Positions 1 to 11,787 of a stretch of 64,000 nt of DNA are shown here, piece by piece. The stretch spans positions 80,538,001 to 80,602,000 of the forward strand of contig NC_082709.1 of the NCBI RefSeq assembly GCF_030144855.1, given 5' to 3'. How positions within the stretch are numbered: position 1 is the stretch's first letter; each line of letters opens with the position of its first letter. The notes beneath the pieces were generated by a model that searched no databases, was not told the origin of the DNA, and saw nothing but the letters and a program-made list of their open reading frames with translations. Source of the DNA: Hypanus sabinus (taxonomy: Eukaryota). Made by a program: the position numbers and the translations under genes.

Positions 1-420
1 TGTCGGTGCATCCGATGGGGCTGCATGTTATCAGGGTTACCGTAACACTGCATCTGTCAGCGCTGATCTTCTCTGTTACATCCAACTGCAGTGGTGCCAT
101 ATCGCAGGGTGGTCAGTGCAGAGCGCCCGGGCCACGTCCTTCTGCTGGCGACTGTGCTCGCTATGAAGATGGTATGGTGTCTGGGTTCTTTACAGAAGAC
201 ACTTCGGCGTTTCTTTCGTCTCCGGATCGCAAGACGATTCCGATGCCTGCTCTCTCTGCGGGATAGTCTCCAGCTCAGCTTGCCGCTGGGAAGTGGCTGC
301 GCGGCAAATTCACCCGAAACGAAAGCGTCCCAGGGTAAAAGTGACGGTTCGTCCTTTCCGAAAGTGGGCGTGTTTATCAACAGGAGTGGAACGCCAATAA
401 AACTGCAGAAGCCATGACAT
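1..420 (-). other. Upstream flank paralogous to the IFN-A/IFN-C upstream region
   Basis: Colinear similarity with 9920-10410 (cagcgctgatct, gcagggtggtcagtgcaga, ttcgtc..ttccgaa, aataaaactgcag) and with 23795-24225 in reverse. Confidence 0.65.
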
Positions 421-1194
421 CTACTTCCTGATTAAGTGCTGGAGTCCTCGGAGCAGGGGGTTCTCTCTCATTCCTATGGTTTTCGTCACTATCTAGCGCG
501 GGAGTTCTCTGATATTACACTGGTTGAAGTATACATTCCCACCCCAGGCAGATGTCAAATTAACACCGGAGGGATTGAGCTCCGTGATTAACTGGCCTCC
601 CCAATGCCCTCCTCAGTATCGAAGGGCACTTCAACCAGTTTAGCGTGAAGGAGCCTCTACCGAACTACTGCCAGCATGCACCGGGAACATCCAAGGACTC
701 AACACACTCGACCACTGCGGGATGAAACAGTAAAGACACGCAGCAGACCAGCATCCCTATTTTCTTAGTTGAAGGCGATTCAAAATGTCATCGAATACTC
801 TGCCAAACTTCTGCAGATGTACAGTAGAAAGCGTTCTGGCGGGTTACATCGTGGCTTGGTGTGGAAACTCAATGCACAGGAATTCAAGAGGCTGCAGAGT
901 GTAGTACACTCGTCCAGTTTCCTCACTCTCCACACCATAAATGACATCGGCAGGAGACAGTGCCCCAGGAAAGCAACATCCATTATAAACGTTCCCACGA
1001 GGCAGAAACTAGAGGAGCCAGAAGACTCACATCTCAAAGCTCTTCAGCAGCTTCTTCCCCACCGTCTCGGGGTCCTGTTCCGACCTGAAATACCCTAACA
1101 CGACCCTGGATCAACTTGCACAACTTACTTGTGTAGTTATGTCTACTTTTCTTATTTCGTAACTTGTGTATAATTTATGTTCCTGTAAGTTTAC

Positions 1195-2075
1195 AGAACA
1201 TAGAACAGTACAGCACAGGAACAGGCCCTTCGGCCCACAATGTTGTATCGAGGCAGCTTAAAAATAATTTAAAAACGAATCCCTCTTACCTCCATCTTCC
1301 TCATATCCACGTCCATGTGCTTATCTGAACGTCTCTTTAAAAGCCTCTACTACCAAACATTCCACATTCCAGGCATTTACCACTTCCTAAGTAAAAAAAC
1401 TTACCTCTCGATTCCCCTTTGAACCTGCCCCGACCCACCTTCAATGCATGCCCTCTGGTATTAGATATTTCTACCCTGGGAGAAAAAAGATACTCCCTGT
1501 CTACTCTACCTATGCATCTCATCATCATATAACCATATAACAATCACAGCACGGAAACAGGCCATCCTGGCCCTTCTAGTCTGTGCCGAACGCTTACTCT
1601 CACCCAGTCCCACTGGCCCGCACTCAGCCCATTACCCTCCATTCCTTTCCTGTCCATATACCTATCCAATTTTACTTTAAATGACAATACCGAACCTGCC
1701 TCTACCACTTCTACTGGAAGCTCATTCCACACAGCTACCACTCTCTGAGTAAAGAATATAAAACCCAATCAGCTCTCTCTCCCACCCTATGCTGCTCCAA
1801 AGCAAGCAATCCAAATCTGTTCAGCCTCTCGTGATAGCACATGCCCTCTAAACCAGGCAACATCCTGGTAAACCTCTTCTGCACCCTCTCGAAAGCTTCA
1901 ACATCCTTCCTATAGTGGAGCGACAAGAACTATATGCAAACCACCAGAGGTGGCCTAGCAAGAGTCTATAAAGTTGCAACATAACCTCTTGACCTTTGAA
2001 CTCAATGCCACGACTGATAAAAACAAGTACTGTATCCCATAAGCCTTCTTAACCACCTTATCGACCTGTGTCCCA
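1195..2075 (-). mobile_element. CR1-type LINE 3' fragment with a nested younger CR1 tail (~1535-1755)
   Basis: Minus-strand peptides YRKDVEAFERVQKRFTRMLPGL, TRGHALKV, FFTQRVVAVWNELP are typical of the CR1 ORF2 C-terminus. Confidence 0.8.
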
Positions 2076-3839
2076 TTCTTGCCTGCACTACCTTGGAGGT
2101 CCTTCTCCTCAGCCTCTTTCCTAACTCTATATACTCACTGTACAGGACTTTGTTTTTGTAAATTACGTTTGCTAACTTCTGTTAGTAATGTTTATAATAT
2201 GCTGTGCTGTTCTTGCAAACAAAAAGCTAATTTTCATGGCATTTATAACCTGGGCACTGATGCTTCTGACAATAAACTTAAATTTAGAATTTATGATCCT
2301 CGTTTCTAAAAGCACGTCAGTTCTCAATCCCAGTCCCATTCTGACCTAACTGCAGCCTCCTCCACTGCCACAGTGAGCCCGATATTAGCAAGAAGAGCCG
2401 TACGTTACCCTCCCTGACAGTGCTACTGCATGTGGCTTCTGCTTTTACAAAATGGGCCTGTGTTACACGTTAACTTCGGATTCAACACTTCCTCATTCGA
2501 AGGGAGAATATGAGGATGAAAACCAAGAACGTAAATCCAAGTATCATACAGGGAAGATAAAAATCAAGTCAAATCACTGTGAAGTGTACTCATATGCTGA
2601 GTGTGACATTGCAGGGGATAGAATAAAGCGGGGGATGTACCTTTAATAAGATGTGAGAAGACGAAATGTTATATTCTGTGAGGAGGATCAGCGTGCACAA
2701 AATTTGTATTCCAAAAATGTGAAATATTCAGAATAATTAACATGTAGAAACATCTTCAATGATTTTTTTTATTAAATGTAGAAATATATTATCCATTGCA
2801 ATTCTCACAATAATAATAAATTAAAAGTTTTGAGATACATGTACATACTTTTAAAAATGATCAGAATAAATACAGTATAAATAAATTAAGTTAAATATAT
2901 CTTCTAACCATTGGAAGAACAATCACATTATGCTCACTGAAGGTCAGTGATGAAATCAAGAGGAATGGTTTTGCAAACCACAACCTGTGCACTAAGTGTA
3001 GGTCAGAACATTCCCAATGCATATTCCCATTGCAAAAATGACAATTAGAGGAATAATTTTTGGGAAAACGAACGGAACTTTAAACAATTTTCCTTTGAAA
3101 AGGGGCTGAAACCTACAACTCTCAGATTAAACTGATAACACTAGAGGATGCTGGACAGAAGAAATTGCAAAATTTCATGTGCATGAACTTATGAGAAAGA
3201 AAATTCCACCCAGGATTAATTTTAGGTAGGGAACTAAAATGATGTAAACCATAACAGAGATAAGATGCAGAATGGCAGATAGAGTACGAAGCTGTCCACT
3301 GTGCACCTTTTCCAGGAATGGATCATTGCATTACAGTAGCTGCCTGTCTTGATATGAATGGACAAGAATAGGATCATTCAGCAAATTCACATGTCATCAC
3401 TGAGTAATACTACAAAAATAAATTAATTAATTAATTAATTATACAATAAATTAATACAACACTGGATATGGAGAAAGACCCGGACATTATTCCTTCCACA
3501 TCACTTGCCAAATGAAAATATGTGATTCATATAGTTATATAATAAATAGTAAAAACAGAAAATACTGCAAACATGCACAGCTCCGACAACTGCTGAGAGG
3601 AGTGAACAACAGTTAGCGTTTCAAGTTTATGAGCATTGACTCGAGGAGTTAACTCAGGTTTCTTCTGCACATGCACTGATTATTTGCACCAGTTGGTGTT
3701 TCCATTAACATTTCTAGCATTTAGTTTAATTTATCTTTGAATGTAATATCAGTCTGTTCAGATATACTTTTCCTTGAAATTTATTTTAAATAAATAGTCA
3801 TAAATCTTGATCCCTCATGAAATTGACTCTGGAAAATCT

Positions 3840-6800
3840 TCAGTGATCTCTGCTGATTTTTGCCATAATGAGAAGGAGCTGTTTCAAATGCGTCATGGTC
3901 TCAGTGCGGGTTATCTCCCAGGCACAGTTGCTGAATCCCTAAAAGGGAGGAAAAAAAGGCAAATGTACTCAATAGTGAAAAATTAGATAATGAACAAGTA
4001 TCAAGTAGATAAATCAGTGTATTGGCAGGCACATGTTTAAATATCAATGTACCTTCTGTTTCAGAAACTCTCTCAATTTCTGAAAGTATTTAAGAATTGC
4101 GGCATTCTTCCTTGGTCTGGTCTCTGAGCCTGGTTTCCGGACACACACATCCAGCTCTCTGAGCTGCCGATCCAACAGAAGCCGAAGGAGTTCCACTGAG
4201 CTCTGGACCCAGCTGACTGAGCTCAGGTTCATACTGTAGATCCTGCGGAGGTGATGCAGGGTCTGATGGACAATCTGGATCCTTTCCTGGGCCTGTGCAA
4301 AACACACATGGGGACATTAGTAGGGCCGTGGTCTCACAAACGTTTAGAATTAGAACAGAGTGTTTATGAGTCTTAGTACAAGACAAAATCAAACATCAAC
4401 TTAAAATATACAGACCGCAAATGGAGGGCAACTAACAACTGTGAATTGAAGGCCACATCATTGGCAGTTTCCGTCTACAGCTAGAGATTTCAACAGGGAA
4501 TGAGCAATGAACCACACGGATGAAGAACAAGACGCTTGACTGAATGAGGGAATGGCATCGATGCCACAGGATGCTACTTACACAGAGACAAGAGTCTGCT
4601 CTCCGTTCACCAGAAATAGCGAGGGGGAGATTTTATAGAAATCGACAATCTCACAAAGAGGGGAATCAAGGAGGCGAAACAGACAGTCGTCCGAATGGGT
4701 TGTTACAAAGATTAAACAGTAATTTATAAAGACAGTGGCATAAACAGTTGCATGTTAACTTTGCAAACACGAGGAAAGCTGCAGATGCTGGAAATTCAAG
4801 CAATACACAAAAAATGCTGGTAGAACACAGCAGGCCAGGCAGCATCTATAGGGAGGAGCACTGTCGACGTTTCGGGCCGAGACCCTTTGTCAGGACCAAC
4901 TGAAAGGAAAGATAGTAAGAGATTTGAAAGTGGGAGGGGGAGGGGGAGATCCGAAATGATAGTAGAAGTCCAGAGGGGGTGGGGTGAAGCTAAGAGCTGG
5001 AAAGGTGATTGGCAAAAGGGATACAGGGCTGGAGAAGGGAAAGGATCATGGGACGGGAGGCCCAGGCAGAAAGAAAGGGGGAGGGGGGGAGCACCAGAGG
5101 GAGATGGTGAACAGGCAAAGAGTGATGGGCAGAGCCAGAAAGAAAGAGGGGGGAATAAATAAATCAAGGATGGTGTAAGAAAGGGAGGAGGGGCATTAAC
5201 GGAAGTTAGAGAAATCAATGTTCATGCCATCAGGTTGGAGGCTACCCAGCTGGTATATAATGTGTTGTTCCTCCAACCTGAGTTTGGCTTCATTTTGACA
5301 ATAGACGAGGTCATGGGTAGATTTATCAGAATGGGAATGGGACATGGAATTAAAATGTGTGGCCACAGGGAGATGCTGCTTACTCTGCACCTACACACCT
5401 ATGCTCTGTCCACCAGAGAAAGCAGGATCTCCCAGTAGCCACACATTTTAGGTGAACTGGTTAGGGGAATCGATGACAGGTGACTATGGGAATGGGAACT
5501 TTTTAGGGGTGTCTTGTAATGTGAGCTGAGGTGTCCTATGTCTGCACCCTGTGGTACCTGATGCCCAATGGCCATCACACATTTTTAAGATAAGCAGATC
5601 ATAGGCATCTTCTACACTTCAGAACTTGAGTAGAGGCAAATAAAAGTCACAGAAAAAAAGGTGCTGGGATCCTCTCAGTCCATACCACCCATCAAGCAGC
5701 CACCTAAAGAAATCTCTTTCAGAGTGATTGGGGCAGTGGTAGTAGAAGCGAGATGCAGCCTGGAGAGAAACTGCGAGGAAGGAGAGGCAGTGGAACAGCA
5801 TAAAGGCAGTCAGTTATATGGTGTGAAATATGTCTATTTTAGTACAAGTAATGTCAGGAACAAGGGTGATGAAGTTAGAGCATAGGTCAGTACATGGAAG
5901 TTCAATGTTGTGGCCATTACAGAGACTTGCCTGTCAGAAGGGCAAGAATTTTCTGTTGCATTTTCTGGGGTTTAGATTTTTCAAAAGGGACAGGGAGAGA
6001 GGGGAAATGGTGGGGGAGTGGGATTGCTAATCTGGGATGGTATCGCAGGGCATCCTTGAGGGATCGTCAACTGAGTCAGTGTTGTTGGAAGTCAGAAACA
6101 GCAAGGGAGCAGTCACTCCATTGAAAGTTTTCTGTCCATCCCCCTACAGTATCAGAGATACTGAGCTGCAGATTGGGAGGCAGATTTTGGAAAGATACAG
6201 GGTTGTGGTCATGGGTGACTTCAAGTTCTCTAATATTGATTGTCAGCTCCTCCGTGCAAAAAGTTTAGATGGGACAGAACACGTTAGGTGTGTCCTGGAA
6301 GGATTCCTGACAGTGTGCAGACAGGCCAACTAGAGGAGAGGTCACATTAAGACTGGTTCTAGCCAATGAACATGGTCAGGTGACATATCTTTTTTAGATG
6401 CGCATTTTGGAGACATTGACTACAACTCCCACAACTTTACCATAGCCTTTTAGAAGGATAGGAGCAAACAGTGTGATAAATTATTTAATTGGAGGCAGGT
6501 GAATTATGATGCTATTAGATAGGAACGAGAGCATAAATTGGGAACAGATGCACTCAGAGAAATGCACAATGGAAATGTGAAGGCTGTAGTACTTGCATGT
6601 GTTTCTGGATAGGTTTACCCTATAAAGGCAAGGAAAGGATGGTAGGGTGAAGGAATCACGGTTCACAAGAGAAGTGGAACACCTAGTTTAGAGGAAGAAA
6701 GAAACATACCTAACATTTAGTAAGACAAGATCAGACTCTTGAGAGTTACAAGGTAGGCTATAACACATAGGAGCATAATTAGACCATTTGGCCCATCTAG

Positions 6801-9475
6801 TGTAGCAGACGGAACATATTCTGTCTTGAAGTCTTCTCGCTTGTGGTGTTTGCAAAATTCTGTCCTGAGACCCTTCTCTTTGTAATATTTTTTAAAATGA
6901 CTTAGGTCAGGAAGCGGAAATGAGAGTTAGTAAATTTGCAGATAACACAAAGTTTGATGGTGTTTAGTAGAATAGAGAATTGATTTGGGTTACAATTGAA
7001 CATTCATGGAATGCAGAGCTGGGCTGGAAAATGGCAGATGGTGTTCAATTTAGAAAAGTATCAAGTTTTTCTCTTTGGAAGGTCAAAATTGAAGGCAGAA
7101 TATACAGAGTTAATGGCAGGGATCTTAAGTGGAGGAAAAGAGGGATCTTGAAGTCCATGTCCATGGATCCCTTAAAGTTGCTGTGGAAGTTGACAGGATG
7201 ATTAAGAAGACATATGGAGTTACTCATAGGATTGAGTGTAAGAGCTGTTAGGTAATGTTGCAGTTCTATGTTCTATGTTTCTATAACTCTTCTATAAAAC
7301 TCTGGTTAGACCACACTTGGAGTATTGTGCTCAGTTTTGTTCACTTCAATATAGGAAGTACATGGCTTTACAGAGGGTGCAGAGGAGACTTACCATGATG
7401 CTGATCAGATTAGAGGACATGTGTCACGAGGATAAATTGGGTTTTTCTCTTTGGAGAGAAGGAAAATGAGAGGTGACTTGATTGAGGTGTACAAGATGAT
7501 AACAGGCAAAGGTAGAGTGGGCAACAGAGACTTTTTCCCAGGATGAAAATGGCTAATACAAGGAGCATAACTTTCAGGCGTTTGGAGGAATGTATGGGCA
7601 GGCAGTGTCAGAGGTAGGTCTTTTACACAGAGAACAGTGGATGCATAGAACGTCTTGCCAGGGTGGTGGTCGAGGCAAATACATTTGGGACATTATTGGG
7701 ACTCTGAGATAGACATATGCAAGAAAGGAACACGGAGGACTATGAGGGAGGGATGGGTTAGAATGATATTAGAATAGACATTGTGCATGTACTGTGCTGC
7801 ATTGTTCTCATGCTCATTCACCATTAGCTGCTCAGTATCTTTGGCAATTGAAGCAATCATATACTCCTTAAATGTTGTGAAAATTTCTGCCCTCAATATC
7901 TTCACAGACACTGGGTTCCAAATTTCAAGCATACCCTGGAGGAACATTTTTCTAATGTCCCATCCAAACCTCTTACTTTTTTGTCTTAAATCAATGTAGA
8001 CACCTCAGCTGTGGGGAAAAATAATGCAATACATTCTAATTCCACCACACATAATTTGATGCACCTCTATTCCCCCCCCCCCCCCCCACACACACACACA
8101 CACACACAGTGCCTTCGTCTCCTTGATCCCAGTGGGCCAATTAAGCTGAACAATCATTTAACCAGGTTGGAGGGGGCACTTAATCTTGGGTGTCAGATTA
8201 TTAGGATGGTGCAGTTGATTTTATCACCCATGGTGGACACCGTTTGTCTGTTGATTCGAGGAGATTTTGAGGGGATAAGAAGATTTACAGCAGATGGTCA
8301 GAAGGGATAAATGCAGTGGGTAGTTGAAACGATCAGACAGCCTGATCAGGGGGCGCAGGGAGAAGGAGTGAGAGTAACAAGCAGAAGGTCGCAGAGAGCG
8401 GCATGTTTAGTGTTAGAGCATGTGAGATGAGGAGAGGGTGTTAGATACACAGTGTGGGCCACCAGTGAGTGGGACACAGGAGGAGATCGACAGGGTGTGA
8501 AGGCTGCAGTCAGATATATTCCCTTTGAATGTTTTCCTTAGGATCCGAGCTGGAGTGACAGAAAATGCCAATGACATGGAGAGAAAGCATTGACATTCTG
8601 TAATAGTTTATTCACCTGTTCAATTTCAAGTCAGATTCTTAGCATCACACAAATATCTCGAATAATTTACGTTAAAGTAAAATGCAGAGATTACTCACAG
8701 GAACCTCCGCCGAAAGTTTCACCAGCTCCAAGGGCTTGGTTTTCAACGACAGCCTCTCAGTCACACAGTGTCGAGGGAGGCGGCCACCCTGAGACAGAAG
8801 ATATCAACGTTACTGACAATCCCCACACACAGAAACACCGGACAACAGACTCTTTGAAATCACCTGATTGGTAACAGCAAACAGTCGGGGACTGTCAGGA
8901 CGTTAGACATTGTGCAACGTGAAACATGAAACGTTTAAGATAATTAAAGGATTTGATAGGATTGAGGCAGGAAATATGTTCCAGATGTTGGGAGAGTCCA
9001 GTACCAGAGGGCATGGATTGAGAATAAGAGGTCAGTTATTTAAAACAGAGTTGAGGAAGAGCTTCTTCTCCCAGAGAGTTGTGGAGGTGTGGAATGCACT
9101 GCCTCGGAAGACGGTGGAGGCCAATTCTCTGGATGCTTTCAAGAAGGAGCTGGATAGATATCTGATGGATATGGGAATCAAGGGATATGGGGACAAGGCA
9201 GGGACTGGGTATTGATAGTGAATGATCAGCCATGATCTCAGAATGGCGGTGCAGACTCGAGGGGCCGAATGGTCTACTTCTGCACCTATTGTCTATTGTC
9301 TATATTGTCTATTGACCGGTCTCTGGGAGCGGGTTCAACTCACCATTTCATTCAGCTCGCCCAGAGTCTCTCTGTTGAGAACTTGCAGTAACTGTAACCT
9401 CTCACAGCCCAGGGTCAGGGTCACGGTCAACAACAGCCACACACTGCAAACTCTCCAAACACGGCCCAATGCCAT
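3840..9475 (-). CDS. Type I interferon precursor, 4 exons (IFN-A), 186 aa
   Basis: Exons 9475-9344 (MALGRVWRVCSVWLLLTVTLTLGCERLQLLQVLNRETLGELNEM), 8788-8699 (GGRLPRHCVTERLSLKTKPLELVKLSAEVP), 4292-4053 (AQERIQIVHQTLHHLRRIYSMNLSSVSW...ELDVCVRK...KYFQKLREFLKQK), 3938-3840 (GFSNCAWEITRTETMTHLKQLLLIMAKISRDH*). All introns GT-AG, phase 0. Hydrophobic signal peptide, 4 mature Cys, YF..L..FL..K..S.CAWE type I IFN signature. Confidence 0.93.
4765..5450 (-). mobile_element. Penelope-like element 3' part, in IFN-A intron 2
   Basis: GIY-YIG C-terminus LPVATHFNS...LEEQHIIYQLGSLQPDGMNIDFSNFR plus a 3' terminus shared with the copies at 17.0 kb and 58.1-58.9 kb. Confidence 0.8.
5820..7790 (+). mobile_element. 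Degenerate CR1-type LINE (endonuclease and RT remnants), IFN-A intron 2
   Basis: VVVMGDF.F.NID and KFADNTK-like remnants, CR1 C-terminal similarity; many frameshifts. Confidence 0.75.
8902..9316 (+). mobile_element. 5'-truncated CR1-type LINE in IFN-A intron 1
   Basis: TRGHGLRIRG...FFSQRVVEVWNALP peptide and (CTATTGT)n tail; absent from the 140-nt paralogous introns of B and C (A intron 1 is 555 nt). Confidence 0.88.
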
Positions 9476-9654
9476 CTTCACCCGACACTGAATAAAGCAC
9501 CGATCTGAGACCAGAATCAGCTCCGAAAACGGGTCTTGTTCGCCGAATGGAACTCTCGATATGGAAATGCCACGGCTTGTGATCCGGGAGCGGACGCCGG
9601 TTCTGCCGAGACCCGTGTCTGGGGATCGTGTTCTGAGCTCTCTCTGCCATGCTG

Positions 9655-9815
9655 CCGGATTTTATATGTGAAAATCCGAAAATAGGTTTCATTCGAAAAG
9701 TGAAATGACCGGGATATTTGGGAGCCTGTCGGGAGAGAGCGGTCTCCGCTCTGAAGTAAGGAATCTTAAAGCGGGAGAGTCCAGCTGCAGCGACGGGAAA
9801 ATCCGCCACCGGGGA
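9655..9815 (-). promoter_or_regulatory. IFN-A proximal promoter (TATA, IRF element, kB-like sites)
   Basis: TATAAAA on the minus strand at 9660-9666; GAAAAGTGAAA 9695-9705; GGGAGAGTCC and GGGAAAATCC at ~9773-9805. Confidence 0.75.
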
Positions 9816-11454
9816 GAGCAACAGCGCTCAGGATATTGGTGCGTTCGTTCAGTTCGGGTTCAAAGGGCAGTGGAGGGTGGGTCAGCTTTAGCAGGGAACG
9901 ACGGACGTGACTGTTTCCGTGCCTCGGTGAGGGTTTCATTTTTATCAGGGTTACATTTACTCTGCCCCTTTCAGCGCTGATCTTTTAACCATAACAATTA
10001 CAGCACGGAAACAGGCCATCTCGGCCCTTCTATTCCTTCGGAGACACAAACAGATTTATGTTGAATTCGCACCTTGGACTCACCCAGTTCCAGTGAAACC
10101 ACATGGCAGGGTGGTCAGTGCAGAAAGCCAAGGCCATAGCGATGGGTACTCCAGTCCGTGACTGTGCCCTCTAGGCAAAGAGCGTCTTTGCAGTTGTTGC
10201 TGTAGTCTGTGTTTAAATAAGACATTTCGATTTCTCCTTTAAATCGAACCGCTGGGACACCGAGTCGGATGGCTCTTCTTTCCCCAGGAAAGACTCCGGC
10301 TCTGTTTGCAACTGCAAGAAAAGCGAAAGTAACCCCAGACAGGAAAAGGGTTTCGTCACTTCCGAAGTTGTACGTGTTTGTAAATGACCGAATAAAACTG
10401 CAGTTTGCAGGTTTTGAAACCGGGGTAATTCTCAACCCCACTCTCATTCGTGCGGCGGGGGACCTCCTCCACTGCCAGAGTGAGGTACAACGTAAACTGG
10501 AAGAACAAAGCTTGCCATCCCTCTCGTTACGATTGCAAGAGGCATCTGCTGTTCAACGGTCGCTTACTAAATGCTGGAGTAACCCAGCAGGACGTCCCTG
10601 GGAAAGAGTGAACTGTCAGGACTGGAGAAGGGGCTCGCCCCGAAATGTTAACTCTTTTCCATAGACGCTGCCTGGCCTGCTGAGTTCCTTCAGCATTTTG
10701 CACGATTTGCTTGGATTTCCAGCACCTGCAGATTTTCTCATCTTCGAGACATCTGCTGAGTACATCTTAGTCTTTGCGGCGTCTTCACTTCGGATTCAAC
10801 TCTTTCTCGTTTCAAAAGAAATATAAAGAAATAAAACCAACAGATTAGATCCGTGTAAGAACATTGGAATATAAAACTGGGACAACTCACAACAAAATGT
10901 AGGCCCTTGGCTTATTCCGGCGAGTGAAAACTACAGCGTTAAGGTACTAAAAGCGAAGTGCTCACAACGCGGAAAATGCAGAAAATCTTTAGAATCTATA
11001 TTCCATGGGGAAGAGGGTTGCATCACTTTCTGAGTCGGAATTGAAGCGTTTAAATAACAAAAAAGAACAGAAATGTATTTTAAAAGAACGCAGACATCAG
11101 AGGCACTCCGTACTTAGCGAGCACCGTCCCGGGGAAGTGTACCCCCGTACAGCGAATCTCCACAGGTTGGCTGTGACCCGGGCTCTCTGCACTGTCCCAC
11201 CCTGCGCTGTGGTGTCAGCGGAGCTGGCTGAGTGCGAGAACGGAATTAATAGGAATTCTCTCTGCGGATCCGAATATCAGCGCTGAAAGACACGGTGCTA
11301 CTCTAACCCTGATAAAATACAGCCTCCACCGAGGCACCGGCACTGTCACTTCCTCATCCCACCCTCGTCCTCTGCCAAGCCTGACCCTCCCTCCGCAACA
11401 CCTTGGAATCCTCAAGCTGACCGCATTAACTCCGGGGCCTGAGCGCTGCTGGAA

Positions 11455-11605
11455 TCGCGGATTTTCCCGTCGCTGCTGCGGGACTCTCCCGCTTTCAGAT
11501 TCCTTACTTCAGAGCGGAGACCGCTCTCTCCCGACAGGCTCCCAAATATCCCGGTCATTTCACTTTTCGAATGTCACCCGTTTTCGGATTTTCACATATA
11601 AAATC
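11455..11605 (+). promoter_or_regulatory. IFN-B proximal promoter
   Basis: GGATTTTCCC 11459-11468; GGGACTCTCC 11480-11489 (fits GGGRNNYYCC); TTTCACTTTTC 11558-11568 (IRF element, reverse); TATAAAA 11597-11603. Confidence 0.75.
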
Positions 11606-11787
11606 CGGCAGCATGGCAGAGAGAGCTCAGAACACGATCCCCAGACACGGGTCTCGGCAGCACCGGCGTCCGCTCCCGGATCACAAGCCGTGGCATTTCC
11701 ATATCGAGAGTTCCATTCGGCGAACAAGACCCGTTTTCGGAGCTGATTCTGGTCTCAGATCGGTGCTTTATTCAGTGTCGGGTGAAG

